DNA of 64,000 nt from Lytechinus pictus. Lineage: Eukaryota. The translations under genes were made by a program, and so were the position numbers. The notes under the pieces were generated by a model. That model made no database searches and was not told the DNA's origin. It worked only from the letters and a program-made list of their open reading frames with translations. This document shows, piece after piece, positions 12,996 through 27,744 of this stretch. The stretch lies in the NCBI RefSeq assembly GCF_037042905.1, contig NW_026974141.1:6572001-6636000 (forward strand), written 5' to 3'. Numbering within the stretch: position 1 is the first letter of the stretch; every line of letters starts with the position of its first letter.

Positions 12996-14430
12996 GTGTA
13001 CACACGGAATGAATCGCTTGAGATACGGGAATCGCTGGTGGCGCCTCCGCCTGATGGATGTGAACGCTTCCCACGGGAGATAAAACCACGTAAAAGACGC
13101 AAGAGAGGAGGAGTCCGAGAGAAAATAAGGAAAATGGGTAATAAGCCCCCAATACCTATTATGAATATTGGTAATGTTCGGTCATTGACAATAAAATGGA
13201 TGAACTTGGTACTTTATGTAAATACATGCATGAATATAGAGAATCATGTTTGATGGCTTATATAGAAACTTTGGCTTAACGACAACATCCCCGATAATGT
13301 TCTAGATTTACCCAACTTTGCTATGTTTAGGGCCGATAGGACAATTGATTCAGGAAAGACGAGGGGAGGCGGGATTTGTTTTTACATCAGTCAGATATGG
13401 TGTAATAATTGGACAGTGAAAAGTCAGATTTGTTCCCCAGATATTGAACTTTTTGCAGTTGGACTACGACCCTTTTACCTCGCAAGAGAATTCCCACAGG
13501 TCTTCATCACCGTCTACATTCACCCCGAGGTGACGTCACGATCGCGAGTGAGACCATAGCTGAAAAAGTTCACGAATTCAAGACACAATCACCCGAAGCG
13601 CCGATTCTGATAAAAGCGGATTTCAATCAATGCCGATTGAACATTGTTCTTCCCAATATTGATCAGTATATTAACATTCCGAAGAGAAGTGACGAAAATT
13701 TAGACCTTTGTTATGGTAATATCCGCAACGCATATACAAGCAAGGCATGTCATCAGGTAGGCAGCTCCAATCATACGAACATAGAACTCATACCGGTATA
13801 CAAGCAGAAACTGAAAAGAGGTTTAGTGGCAACTAAGCAACGCTGTGTCAGGTCTGGTCACGTGACCGAGAATCTCCAAGCTGGTTTTGACTGCACGAAT
13901 ATGAACGCCCTACTGGATTCATTAGATACGCTCCATGAAGCAGTAGATGCCGTCACCGATTATATACGCTTTTGTGTTGACACAAACGTTCCCTGCAAGT
14001 CATCGAAAATTTACCCCAACAATAAACCATGGGTATCAAAAGAACTGAGAGACTTAATTGAACTTAAAGAATGATGCATTTATATGCCCCGGTAATCTGG
14101 TTGAAGTAAAGATAATCCAAAAACTATTCAAAGAAAAGGTCAAGTCGTGCAAAAGTGTGTATAAAGAGAAGATTGAAAGAAGTTTCAAGGATACTGTCCC
14201 GAAAGCTGCATGGAAAACGCTACACAATGTAACTAACTACAAAACAAAAACAGGGGTACCCCAATCAACTGTGTGTCAATCTTTCGTAGATAATCTAAAT
14301 GAATTCTATTGCAGATTCGATAGGGAAGCTTTTTCGATTAAGAACAACGAACTAGCTAGGAAATTAAAAGGAAAAAAAAGATGGATGGGTGCGATAGCAA
14401 TATAATTATTTTGACGGAACATGACTTAAG
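12996..14430 (+). mobile_element. Rex1/Babar-type (CR1 group) LINE remnant: APE endonuclease region, truncated before RT
   Basis: Frameshifted ORFs give RKRGGVR...GNVRSL...RADRTIDSGKTRGGGICFYI...SPDIE...RPFYLAREF...DFN...LDLCYGN...YPNNKPWV. Confidence 0.85.
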
Positions 14431-14546
14431 AGTGTTGTTAGAGGTCATATAAAAGTCATAATCACAAAACGGCACTGCCTTGTTTACTACACCGGGACCG
14501 AATACCGGTGACGTCACAGTCAAAGAACACCCGTCTCGGTAGGCAT

Positions 14547-15217
14547 TAGTGGGTTTTCGCCCAGCGTCGTACGACGCTATCTACGACGTAGAACGATCTC
14601 TTTGTTCGTGCGTCCGTCGCGCTCAACTCTCGCTTGTAAGCAGTTTCGCAAATCGCTGAACGCGGCCGGATCGACCGGCTGGCATGGTTGGCATGTAATG
14701 TTGACACGCCAACATGTGCATTGTATATGTTCCTACTATGTGCACACAACTGGCAGTGCCATGTGTCTTGCAGTCGCGTCGTCGACCGAGCCATGCAACG
14801 GCTTTTCAATCATATTTCAATAATCATACTCGTTTAAACTTCTACTGTAACATTTTGAAATTATACTTAGCTTGATTTTAGTATAATTGAAATGGTACTC
14901 ACCGAAAAACTCGCATTCGAGTCCATGTTTTGAAGCTTTCAGCTATCAGTGTAGTCAGAGTAGAGTACAACATGTGCATGCACGCGATGGGCGAATGTGT
15001 TTACATCGATCGGCTCAGCTTGCTCGCTCTACAAGCGATCTGATTGGCTGTTGACGGCTGTTGACAAATCCTACGTTCTAATGCGGACGCCCGCTAATTT
15101 GCGGAAGAACCGTCCGTAATTTGAGCTCAAGAACGCTCGGGCCTCTGTTTCCATGAAAGTTGGCGATTTTTGCACACGTACGTTCTACGTCGTACGACGC
15201 TGGGCGAAAACCCACTA
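14547..15217. mobile_element. Non-autonomous DNA transposon with ~30-bp TIRs (superfamily unassigned)
   Basis: TAGTGGGTTTTCGCCCAGCGTCGTACGACG at the left and its exact reverse complement at the right. Confidence 0.85.
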
Positions 15218-15872
15218 TTGCAGGAGCAAACCCAGGGAAAATGGGTAGGGATAAATCGTTAAATTCACTATTTTGAAAAAAAGAAAATGGGGGTCGAATC
15301 ACCTCTTTGTGTTTGGGGGGTTGTAAGGTTGCTATTAATGTAATTATCTCAATATTTGGAATCGTCTTCTTAATTCAACTTTAAAATGTCGTAATTTTCT
15401 GATTTTACTTCCGATTTTGAAGAAATGTTCAGTCTTATGCTTGTTTAGTTTTTCCCCATTGATTCAAATGAACATTTTCTGGGGAGTGGACTTGACCTTA
15501 AAAAAAGCTAACAACCTACCACTGACAATAATTGAAAACATACATGTTGCTGTGTTTTCGTGGGCATCAGTTGCTGTATAAGAAAGGGTAGTTATTCCCA
15601 GTGGAAATCAAGTCGTGTGTAATGTTCAATGTAATTTGCATCTATATCAACCTTACTAAATCTAACAAAGAGAAGCTTGAATGTCCACGGAAATTTGCCC
15701 AGAAAATAATCGGTCTTGAATTCTCAAAGACACATCTCACCCTCTACACTGCTATTATAACTTCAATTCCTGATAGGCCGATGCTTCTAAACAAGTTTCA
15801 TGATGTATGAAACAATTTTTTTTTTCAGAATTAACTTAAGTTTTTTTATTAATTATTTTTTTTTTATTTACA

Positions 15873-16158
15873 TAATAATAATAATAGGCATTTATACAGC
15901 GCCATCTATCTAGAAATATTCTATTCCGAGGCGCGTTGTTATTATTATTATTATCCCGGCTTTAGCTCGAGCTGCCTTTCAGCGCTCATGCATTCAAGAA
16001 ATTAATCCTGCCGGGTACCCATTCACCTCACCTGGGTTGAGTGCAGCACAATGTGGATAAATTTCTTGCTGAAGGAAATAACGCCATGGCTGGGATTTGA
16101 ACCCACGACCCTCTGTTTAAAAGTCAGAAGACTAATTCACTGGGCCACAACGCTCCAC
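15873..16158 (-). mobile_element. tRNA-derived SINE, second family
   Basis: Minus strand has GTGGCCCAGTG (A box) and GGTTCAAATCCC (B box), a conserved body (CAACCCAGGTGAGGTGAATGGGTACC) and an (ATT)n tail. Other copies at 42233-42480 and 59100-59175. Confidence 0.8.
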
Positions 16159-16626
16159 TTGTACTGGTAGGCGGCGAGGAGCTACCAATTATGATAGGGC
16201 CTACAACTTATCTTTGTTTTTATATAAAAGGTTTTATATTGTGTTTAGTGTTTGGTAACGAAGTAGCTTGAATTTAATTCTACTTTTGAATATCGTGTTT
16301 TTTGTTTGAAAAACTCGCCCCACCCACTGATTAACAAGAAAAAAACATGAATAATAAAAACAACTAATTAATGTAATATCTATATAAAAAAATCTCAATT
16401 TCCACTGCACGTGAATCAACTTCAAATTAATCGATAAACTAACAAATTCCTTGGTTGTATACCATTATTTTATCTTGGTCCAACACTCACATCCATCGCT
16501 TTCATTGGGTGACCCCAGTGCTGCGGGTGGGGGCTGATAAAGGATAAAAAGTGTTGGATAACTGATAATACTTTGTCTTAAAATCATGCTAATTGACTTC
16601 AAAGCTTTGAACAAGAAAATTTCCCC

Positions 16627-16850
16627 CTAACCTGGTTTGTGGCATCCGACGAATGCTTAGTATTTCACTGATGACTCTGTAACAAACGAGCAGTTTCGTT
16701 GATGCATAACACCGAAAATGATATCTAACACAGCCGTCATACTGATCGAGCTATGATGTTCAAAATAATCCTTACAATGATTACCCCTCTATACAAATTG
16801 ACATTTCATTGCAATATACTGATAGCTAGAGAAATCAGAATAATAATAAA
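16627..16850 (-). pseudogene. Cassette 3: degenerate Cys-rich exon, no frameshift
   Basis: YYYSDFSSYQYIAMKCQFV*RGNHCKDYFEHHSSISMTAVLDIIFGVMHQRNCSFVTESSVKY*AFVGCHKPG|GTTAG. Two stops and one in-frame 3-nt insertion; last exon base 16632. Confidence 0.72.
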
Positions 16851-19103
16851 TATGCAGTTAATGTCAACTTCCACTCACTGGAGTAACGTTTTGGTCTATG
16901 CATTGAATTCGCATGGAAATTGAAATGAAATAGATTGTCCCGCTAATTAAGTATGTCCTGTTTAACGGAGGATTATGTATCCTGTCCGTCGCCATCTCTA
17001 TGCTTCGATAAGCGTATTGTGTAGCTTTGATTCAGACATAAATATAATCTAAATTCTGCTGGATTTATAACCATCATGAAATGAGTCAATGAAAGTAAAC
17101 TTATTTCTTATCCAGGCATCGAATTCGGCAAATTGTCGTATAATTAAAATTGTGTACAATCGTATACATACGTCGGTCTGTCTGTCTGATTAGAGACCTT
17201 TCGTTTTCTGTGACGAGCCATATGGACGTACGAGATTAAGGAATTTTGGGAGCGCTGCACATGCGCGAAGTAATCTGTGACGAGCCTTCTCGTTCACTGC
17301 CCAAATCTGTGACTGGTATTTGAGGGTTTTGACGTTCAGGGTCATAGTGCTCGAACGAGCGCTAGTTCGTACATGATGACGTCATCCAAGCTTAGCAAAA
17401 ATGAATCAAGCATCAACATTCGAGTTTCGTTGATTCAGCAGGGCTGGTAAACTGCAAATTACTGATTGTTACCAGCTTTTCCATTACATTTAGTGTGTCC
17501 TGTTTTCAGACACTACATATCCGATAGGTAATTGATGTTCCATTTCCAAACAACTGTGTTTTTCGGTTTTTTGCGCAAGAGTGCAAATGTTGCACCCACA
17601 GTCGCCCCACTGGTTCGTAACGTTATGCTACGCCTGATTCTCCGGCCGAGCATCGGCCCCACGGCCCGCTCGCTATCACGCTGGTATATGCTGTGGCCTG
17701 GTACGGTTACGTCGACTTAAATCGAAACTGTTTTCATCAATGTACGAACGTGATACTGAACGAGCGGTGTCACCACTTCTGGTGAACTAGAACTACGTTG
17801 CAGTCGCAGACAATCGAAAGCTTACCATTGTCCTGAACTAACCGCACAGAAACGTTGTTAGCGCTAGCAATGCGTCAACAGAGGCCCTGCTACAACCGGT
17901 AATATGGCAGCAATGCGTAATGCTACAACAATTTACAATGTACTTACACATTGGGATAAATGTTTTGATTTCAAAATCCGAAATATGTGACTGGGCTCAC
18001 TGTTAGCGCTTTGTTAGGCTAGCTACGTGTATGTGCAGCCGGCACTGGTATATGTAATGAGAAAGCACATAGTAAAAGAGCCAGGATTCAGTCTATTCCC
18101 TAAGCAGCTTGCATTTTAACAAGGGCACCCATCTGTGGTTAAGTCCCAAACTTCATGAGAATTGTCTCATGACAGTTTGAATTTTACTACATAGTGCGCC
18201 ATAGTTTGTATAGGTCTCCCAAGTGATTCTAAGCTAGCATTACATCAACACCTATGTACAAACTCCGAGTTAAAATATATAAAAAGCAACTCAGGATAAT
18301 TGTAAATTAACTGGAGAGCATTTTCAGCTTTATAGAGGAAGATTTTAAAAAATAAGGGAGATTTAAATGGATTCTATCATGGATAAGCTTCAAAGAAAAC
18401 TGAATAAATTATCACCCTTCGATAAAAATCCACCGGATACCACACTATTTGGATTTGATGGCGACAGAACCCCCAACGAATGTTACATTGGACAATATTA
18501 GTACACAACACTCCACAGATGTAGATAAGCTGTCACAAGTTCATGTAGAAGATGGAGCCACAAAAAGTTAAACGGGTGGTAAAGTTTCCTCCCGAGAAAA
18601 ATAACTACCAAGAACCAAGAATGGACAAAACCAAGGCTCTGACTATTAAGAAGGTGACTACAAACTCCAAAGATGTAAGTCAGTAGATAAGTGTGACAGC
18701 GCAATCGTAGTATATAATTGCTAAAAATACCAAAATAAAACCAATCGTATGATCGAGTAAGGATTGTGTGACAGCTGGACATGCTTGAACTGTCAACGAA
18801 TGAGTGATGAAATGTACGCCTTCAGCAGCACATGTAGAAATAGGAATTTACATTGGTTCTGTGTTGACTGTGATGAAAAAAGGTACAACTGCTGCTAGAA
18901 ATGTGATACACAAAGGGAACATCAATTTACCAACTTCTGCCGGTGGTGGTAACGATATTAAAGAAATAGCTAACAGACTTGAGAAGAAGCTCAGCGACAA
19001 TGTTTGCAGAAAATTACCACAAGCAAAACAATCCATTAAAAACATGATAGATGATGGAGCGAGGAAGCTAAAACAATCGTGTGCTAAAATAGTGAGTTCA
19101 AAT

Positions 19104-19701
19104 TTCGTAGGCGGTCATCCGAACCGTCTTATCAGTCAATTTTGGTAAAAAAAAACAAAAATCGATTTTGAAATTTGTGCATGAAATAAAGGTACTAGTT
19201 CTACTCTATTCATAACTAGATTTCAAGGCAGCAATTTATTATATTTTCTGAGATATGAGACGATTTTTACGGCGATGCAATACAAATTTTTGATAAAATG
19301 CGCAAATCCCATGATAGGAAACGTGTCCTGTAACAGAGCGATGCCGCGCCGACGTTTTGACTGACCGCGATTTCAATGCGCGCGGTCACCCAAACCACCG
19401 TGTCGGCACTGGGCACTGCATTGACTTTGCATGTGAAAAGCGATAAGACGTTTTGACTGATCGCGCTCATTGAAATCGCGGTCAATCAAAACGTCGTATC
19501 CCTTTTTCCATATGGCGATATTTTTTTTCGAATCCTTAGTTTTGTTTAAAAATTACGATACCAATGTCAAATAATTTGCTTGGTCTATCCAACCATGTAT
19601 TCACTAAGTGTGAACATTATAGCAAACTTCGAAATCGATTTTCTCTGAAATAGGTTTACACCGTCGTTTGTGATACGACGGTTCGGATGACCGCCGACGA
19701 A
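19104..19701. mobile_element. MITE with ~30-bp TIRs; second copy at 37975-38916
   Basis: TTCGTAGGCGGTCATCCGAACCGTCTTATCA / TGATACGACGGTTCGGATGACCGCCGACGAA, with an internal palindrome. Confidence 0.8.
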
Positions 19702-20414
19702 TTGACTGATCAAGGTGTAAGAATAAAGCAGATCAGGCCCAATACTGGCAACCCTAGGTCCAAGTCTCAAGGTCACAATAAATTTGAAAATGATGGTAGG
19801 TCTACAGAATTTTGTGGTTAAAATGGTGACCATGGAAGAGGTGATAGACAAAGAAAAGAGGAAAAATAACTTGGTTTAATATCCACAATGTGCCTGAATC
19901 ACAATCTGACAATAACCAGAAAAGACAGGAAGCTGACATCAAAGTAGTCAGGGACATTCGGGAGGAGATTGATGAGTACAATGTGAAAATATTTAGATCA
20001 ATCAGACTGGGTGGAAAGAGCGCAAACAAGAAAATAAAACAAAGAGTCCTACTTATCGAACTGTACTGAACATGAAGAAATAAGGATATCCTGGTTAATG
20101 CCAGAAATCTTAGAAACTCAGAAAAGTGAAAAAGATATTTATATATCGCCAGACCTTACACGTAAAGCAATGAGGAGATGTGAAATAAGGAAAGAACTGA
20201 ACCAGAAGTGGAATGTGGAAAAATCGTTTAGTGAACCTCGTCTAAACCAACAAGAATGGAAGAGGTAAACAAATAGATAGCTTTTATGCAGAGGAAAGCA
20301 TATATCTTCTAGTATCCCAAAGGCTAATACAAGTGACAGCGACAGTGACAGTGAAGTTAGAATTTTTACAAAGTAAATGTGTGTTTAAACATATTCGTGA
20401 CCCGGCTCGCTATA

Positions 20415-21231
20415 CAGTGCGTCCCAGAAAAAACGAAACCGAGATTTAGCGATGATTTATCACAACTTAATCACAAATACAATAGACAAATGACCTACCA
20501 ATGTAAAGCTTAGAATCTCCTCTTTCATTTTAGATTATTCCTCATTCACACATGAGTGAGCAAAAACAATTTGAAGAAAGGATACCAAAAACTCATTTGG
20601 CGGGGGGGGGGGGTATGTGAATTTTAAAAAGAAAATCACATGCCTAAAAAGTTCAATATCTGCTCTTTAATTCCATATCTTTATCACAAAAAATGGTCAA
20701 GAAGTAAAAAAGTTACGTTCCCTCGAAACAATGCTTGTATTTCCATAATTTCATTAAATAAACGTGTTTTCAACGGTTTTCCACAGAAGCTATCGCATGG
20801 TTAACAAAATACTTCATACATGGCTGATCGTCAACAAAACGGAGTGTCGAGTGAGTTTGAACGCTAGCCTGTAAAACCTCTTCATTTTATGAAATTATTG
20901 AAATTCAAGCCTTATTTCAAATAACCAGAACTTTGTTATTTCTTGACCATTTTCTGTAATTGAGGTATCAAATTAAAAAGCAGATATTGAACTTTTTAGA
21001 AATGTGGTTTTCTCTTTGAAACCCAGATACAGCCCGCCAAATGACTTTTTGGTATCCCCTCTTCAAATAGTTTTTGCTCACTCATACGTGAATGAGAAAT
21101 AATTTAAGTAATTTCAGATAAAAGAGGAGATTCTAAGCTTTACAATGGTAGGTCATTTGTCTATTGTATTTGTTATTAAATTATGATAAATCATCGAAAA
21201 ATCTCGGTTTCGTTTTTTGTGGGACGCACTG
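20415..21231. mobile_element. Tc1/mariner-type MITE with long TIRs
   Basis: TA|CAGTGCGTCCCA...TGGGACGCACTG|TA; arms are complementary over ~300 bp. Confidence 0.9.
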
Positions 21232-24200
21232 TATAGGAGATCAAACTGCTATAGTACTAGACCTTGTCAAAATAAATATTGATGATACCGTACAGTAAAT
21301 AAAATGTCGACCACCACTAGGAAAGAATGCTGCCTCCATGTAGAATTATTTGTTTGGAGAAAGCCAAATTCCACAATCAGACCCAAATTTATCCATGCAA
21401 AGTCATGGAAGTATGCAAAGGAGACTTTGCTAGGATGAGGGAAGACCTTGATGCAGTTGACTGGAACGTACTTCTAGGGGACCTAAACATTTTTGAGATT
21501 TGGATGACCATCAAAGCCAAACTACATGAGAAAATGGAATTATGTATCCCAAAGTTGGTCGTAACAGAAGGAAAAAGAAATGTATACACATGAACAAGGA
21601 AATAGATATCACCTATGAGACAAATATAAGAAGTCAAGAAGTATACAGGACAATGCTAAGTACAGGAGTGCAAGCAATGAACTTCATAGGCTAACACGTC
21701 AACTCCGGGAAGAACACGATGATGACCTCATTAACAACATAGGAAAAAAAAGGCTTTTGGAACTATGCGAATCAAAAGAGAAAATTCAGATCCAAAATAG
21801 GAGATTTAGTCAGCAAAGATGGAATTTTCTTTCAGACTGATGATGAGAAGGTTGAAACATTGGATGACTATTTTGCCAGTGTTTTAGCAAAGAAAACTTA
21901 GTACACATACTTTCCTTGACTAGAAGAAATCCTGACAATCTATCGACAAAGTGTTGGTAAATCAAGAGACAGTGATAACGATATTGAGGAATCTGAATGG
22001 AAATAAATCAGCCAGTTCAGATAAATATCCATCCACGTCTTCTAAAGAAAGTGGCTATTGAACTAGCTACACCTCTAACTATCCTCTATAATACGTCTTT
22101 GGAAGAGAAATCACCGCCTAAAGACCGGAAGATAAGAAACGTGACTCGAATGTACAAAAAGGGAGAAGAAAGTCTGTTGAAAATTACAAATCAATGACAC
22201 CAACATATGTTGTTGGCAATAAATTAGAAAATATTGTTAGATATGCCTTAATGAAATTCCTGAATAGAAACAATCTACTCTCTGAATATCAACATGGCTT
22301 TGTAAATGACCAATCCTGCATGTCACAACTATTATGGACAATAGAACAATGGGCAAAAAGTCTGGACGACAGCGAACCGATCACTGCCTTATACTTGGAT
22401 TTTAGAAAAAGCGTTCGATTCAGTTCCACATGAACGTCCTTTAGCAAAGCTAGGGGCCCATGGGTTAAGCCAACCCTTGCTATCTTGAATTGCAGCTTTT
22501 CTCAAGGGGAGAAAACAGAGAGTTGCATTAATGGAGTCACCTCAGTGTGGACCTTAGTTAAGAGTGGAATTCCGCAAGGAAGCATCATGGGGCTGGTTCT
22601 GTTTGTCGTCTTCATAAGCGACCTACCAATTGAAGTTTCGTCAGACATACTACTATCTGCGGATTCTAAGATGTACAGATGCGTTCAAGACGATACAGAG
22701 TCTACAGCACTGCAGAATGATCTGACAAGTTTAACATCTTGGTCCAAGAAATGACAGCTACCATTCAACGAAAGCAAATGTGCAGTTATACAAATGGGAA
22801 GAAAAAACAGACAGGTCAAGTACCACATGAAAGGAAGTGAAGTAAATCAATCATTGAAAAAGACCTCGGAGTTCACATCGATGTTGACCTCAAACTCCAT
22901 GAACCAAATATGTTAGCAAAGCCTATCAACTGCTCGGAACTGTCAGACGTACCTTCACAAAACTGAACATCAAGACATTACCCCTCATCTTCAAGAGATT
23001 GATCAGACCTCATCTGGAGTACGAAAATATCTTGTGGCATTCTAGATGGAAAGGTGATTGAGATAAGATCGAAAGAGTACAGAGGGGAGCGACGAAGATT
23101 ATAACTGAGGACTTCCATATGAAGAGAGACCGAGAGTCCTGGACTTACACTCAATACACCAAAGGAGAAGGAGAGGTGATGCCATAACAGTGTTCAAAAT
23201 CCTCAAGGGTATGGTGAGGCTGGACCCAAGTCAGTTCTTCACCTTATCTAACCACACAACCACAAGAGGTCATCCCCTCCAAATCAAGGAGAGGCCCCGT
23301 CTAGAGGTCAGAAGGTGTTTTTTCAGCAACCGAGTGGTGGAAGACTGGAACAGACTACCTCAATAAATAATTGAGTCAAATTCTATTGATGTTTTCAAAA
23401 CTCGACTGGACAAACACTGGGAGACCATGCGATTCAACATTACATACCCAAACCGTCTTAACCCATGTGCATGTGCAATGAAAAGTAATGATACATTTAA
23501 AGTAATGTAGATAGTCTAGACCGAGGATCACAGGATCTAACTGTCCTTGTATCCGGATGATGAAGATGATGATAATGTTTTTTTGTAATTTTTTTTACAA
23601 TTGGGGGACTTTGCCGCAGAGGACGCCCTAGTGTTTCTAAGCTATACTTTTTCATTGAATTACATATTTGATACACTATTTCATGGTAATGAAGCAAGGG
23701 AATCCAAGAACGTGACGATAGAACTGAATGGAATTATCTTTCATTTGTAGATACTATTTTTCCCCTAGGGAAACCGAGCATTCGCTTCGACTTTCATTAT
23801 CGTCCCTTTTTTCGAAAAACAAAAACAATTATATTGTTTTTCTTTTTGAGGGGGGGGGGGCTGAAATACGCACGTATATACTCTAAACAAGTATGATAAA
23901 GGAATACCGAGAAATAAAATACATTTGAGAGGCTTTGGAAAAAAAGAGCTTGATATATCAACTTGTGCAAATTGTAGATACTGTGTTTTGCCATGGGGAG
24001 GCAGAATGGGGATAACATTTTTTTTGAGGGGGCGGACACATTGTGTTTTTTTTGCACGTTTCACATAATCGAAAGCGAAGTGCAAGCTATTTTAGCAGTT
24101 CCTGACGACTTGAATATATTCCTTTGAAGGAGTACAGTGACTCGTCAAGACGATATCTCATCAGATAAATAATTCGAACGCGGAGCGCGAGCTGAAAATG

Positions 24201-25238
24201 TTGAATGTCTTGAGATTGGGACAGCACGTTTTAAGTAAGTTTTGCAACCATGAACAAGATGGGTATCTAGCTACACGATTGTTGCGAGCGCGTTGCGAAA
24301 GCTGAACTTTATGATTACTTTTTTTTATTCAGTGTATATATATATTTTTTTTGTAATAAGGAATATGCATGATGCGTATCTTGATGAATAAAATAACGAG
24401 AATTCGAATACGAGAAGATCAGGCCGAATATATGAGTTCGACTTGAACACTTAATTTTTAAGTCCCGTGTTATTCTTTGAAACAGATTATTCATTTATCT
24501 CACTGCGAGGGCGAAACGGGATTGAAATTCGAGTTTTATATAATGCCCTGATCGATTTATTTTAGTGACTAATATAGTTGGGACCTAACAATTACTAAGT
24601 GAGTAAGTTTTCAACATTGGAAAAATACTGTTTTTGAGCACTTTATAACTTGAATAGGATGTTATGACAGCATTTACTATGCATGTACATTCATGTATTA
24701 AATTTTTATTCAGTTTTCAACACATCAGGGGCAAATGCCTTCCCTGCTTCCCCCTCACCCCTTAGTGCTGCCACTGCTCATTACGTCATAATGACGCTCC
24801 ATTGACGTTTGAGAATGGTTTCAGAAGGGAACTTATAGCATATTTATTTCTGTTGAGTTGAATAAAACAGATATACCGGGAAAATGGTATCTCCAAGACA
24901 CAAGGTGGAATTATGTAAATTGCGCCGTGAACGATGCGTGGTGCCATAGCGCCGAATCCTTGACGAACCTGATGAGGAGACTATTCACTTTCACATATGC
25001 CGAAAGTTCTTTACTGCACAATAACTTTGTCTAAAAATATGATCGCACGAACAATTGCAGGAAGCTTTAAATGAAAAAAAAAGACATAATGAGAAGAACT
25101 TTACAAAGGACCTAATAAAAAAAAAAAGCTTATACTTTAACCATGCCGGTATAAATTTTTTCAATGTAATAAAATCATGGATTATTAAATATAAATGTAA
25201 TGATTTAATGGACGGATCCAAATTATGAACTGTCTTAA

Positions 25239-25629
25239 GGCCATCGCACACCTTACGACTGGTCAACGATCCGAATTTGGAACAAATCACATTTTGCTTG
25301 TTTCCTGAAAATATAAATTATATGTATATTTATATTAGAGGTTCATATTAACTGAAAAAAGTATACATTTTTTATATTGTAAACCTTTACTTCACAGTAA
25401 AGGCCAAATTAGTTTCAAATTGTAGCCAATCGTATGATTACTATTACGTCATTACGACTACATATTCAAATACGTCTGATAGCATAGTAACACATTTGGA
25501 CAAAAGTATTGGTAAAACGAATTAGACCATTACACAGTAAGATATTCCATGTCTCAATATTAGCGTAAAATTCTACTACGTCTTATTCCGAAAGCGGGTC
25601 GTGGACCAATCATAAGGTGTGCGGTGCCA
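25239..25629. mobile_element. TTAA-flanked MITE (Kolobok- or Harbinger-like)
   Basis: TTAA on both sides; imperfect TIR GGCCATCGCACACCTTACGA / TCATAAGGTGTGCGGTGCCA. Confidence 0.7.
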
Positions 25630-25897
25630 TTAAACAAGTCCGATTTTTTCACGTCCACCAGTAGCTGCTACACGCTAATATAAGAGTTGCGCAAGTTAAG
25701 CAGAGGCCTTGCCTCTGAGGGAGCTCGGTCCGTCGATCACTATTGTAAATGCATCCTTCCCCTAGTCTATTTTCAAACCCTGTTCGACAGAAAAGCAGAG
25801 CGCGAGCACATGCCCAAAGGCTAGGGAAATAAATATCTAAGAAAATGGGCGAAGGCGACGACCTATTGTAATACCCCTTCAAGAATTGAAAATGTCC

Positions 25898-26140
25898 CTC
25901 ACCTTGTTTGTTGCATCCAACGAATGCTTGGTATTTCCATAAACCTGTATTAATCGAGTAGTCTCGATGATATTGGATGTACAATGTATTTGCAACCGTA
26001 CACCACAGTCATACTAATGAGCTGCCAAGTTCAATCGAATCCTAACACTAGAAATCCCCGAGACCAAACTGATAACATAAGTATTATACTGACGGTTAGC
26101 GAAATGATAATCATAACCATAAAGATTCAGTTGATCCCAA
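25898..26140 (-). pseudogene. Cassette 4: degenerate Cys-rich exon, closest to cassette 10
   Basis: YHRDYSINTGLWKYQAFVGCNKQG|GTGAG. The donor variant GTGAG keeps the splice consensus; there are indels upstream; last exon base 25903. Confidence 0.68.
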
Positions 26141-26894
26141 TTTCCATTTAGGGTGAAAATATCTGAAATTTGTTTACCACCCCCGTTTATGTAATCAAAT
26201 TATCGTCATTGAATGATACAATGCCCATCTAGAAAGGAAGCAAACGCCTTGCCCCTAACCCGCAAAGCGATACAATGGCCAAGCAATATCAAGCATTACA
26301 TCATCCCAGCAGGGAGACGTGGCCAGATTTGGGCAGTTGAATAACGGGACTCTTTAAAGTCAAGCAATTAATAGAACTAAACCTCCCTGTCTGATCCACT
26401 GCACCTATTTTCAAGTCACTTATAGAAATAATATGCTTGATTCACATAAATTGCCTGAAAAAAATTATTACATAGCTGAACATTTATGACAATACTACAG
26501 TGGCGTAATGGGCCAAAGATATTGAGAAGGAGGGGGCAAATATGATGCACGTAGTAAAGACGCGTGCGAAGCGAGCGAACAAAATTTTCGACCAATTGAG
26601 TGAAAAAAATGTTATTTTTGGTGGACATAGTGTTCATAATACGATATAATACCCTCTCCCATTTGGTCGTAATACATTCAGCTACTGTGTAATGTTTGCT
26701 GTATTGTCCATTCCATGGAAATTTCAATGGGCTACCTATTTCATTTTTTTCGTTAAAAAAAAAATCTAAAAAGCTGCGAGCGAGCAAAATGTTGGACCCT
26801 TTTGACACAAATATATAGTTCGTTCGTATATTTTGACACATTATTCAGAAAAAAAAACGGTGGAGGGGGGGGGGGCAAGCAATGGAATAAAAGA

Positions 26895-27045
26895 TGCAGA
26901 GGTTAATAAAGCCACTCTCCAGGATAATAGACTGCAATACTCTGGCATATTGAGAGATAATGACTCCGTGATTGACTAAAAGGGGAGCATCATACTGAAG
27001 ATAATGGGACCAAACAGCAATGGCTTTAAGCGAGTACTGCGCGAG
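26895..27045 (-). pseudogene. Degenerate coding-like segment (CUB-like motif?), paralog at 58735-58875
   Basis: STRLKPLLFGPIIFSMMLPF*SITESLSLNMPEYCSLLSW versus STRLESLMFGSIIFSMMFPFQYNTESLSLNMPQSCTLFS*. Differences are enriched at third codon positions (8 synonymous, counted by hand). Confidence 0.35.
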
Positions 27046-27744
27046 CAACTAGCGCCCCCCCCCCCCCCTGCTCTCTCAGCGTGAATGTACTGTAATTTTT
27101 GTTGTAGAGGTGGGTTCGGTTAGAAAAACTAAATCTTTGAAATATCCCACACGTCCTCTGGTGCAATGCTTTATCTAGCCTCCCTACACAAGTGAGGGGG
27201 GGGGGGTGCTGATTAACAACGGCGACAAAGGTAGCGTTGAAAACAAGGCTGCATCGTTGCGTCAACTGTTTTGATTGATCGCTGTATTCTTCAATTACTC
27301 AATTGGGTTTGGAACAACAGGCATTACCTTTCCCAACATATCAAATGGCCGACTTGTCAGCTACACCACCTGAGAAAAATGATAGAAATTAATATACCTC
27401 GAATGCTGTGATTGCATACTCAATTCAAGAATCATCTTGTTTGTTTCACGAAAGGCAGCAGGCACATCACGCCGCAATATTAAGAGTTGTTCTCTTTTTA
27501 AATATAACCTCAAATCAGGAATACGTCGGATCAGTAATAAACAAGCAAAAAACACCATGAATAATTATTACGATTCCAAAGACAATGAAATAATTGGTGT
27601 AAGATACACCAAGGTCTGATTTACCAGTCAGAGTATTTTTTTTTCTTTATAATTGAATTTTACTGAAAGCGTCATAAATCATAAGTAATTCTACAAATTC
27701 AAATTTGTGGGAAAGGAAAATGCTAGAAAACCAGCGTAACCCAG

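Larger units (their letters stand above)
18700..23480 (+). mobile_element. Degenerate CR1 LINE (PHD-type ORF1 remnants plus RT), interrupted by two MITEs
   Basis: ORF1: CDSWTCLNC...LHWFCVDC at ~18767-18870, HNVPES, IRLGGK, IYISPDLTRK. RT and 3' region: QHGF, YLDFRK, SGIPQGSIMG, LQNDL, IRPHLEY, TRGH, FFSNRVVEDWNRLP, FKTRLDKHW. Many stops and frameshifts. Confidence 0.9.
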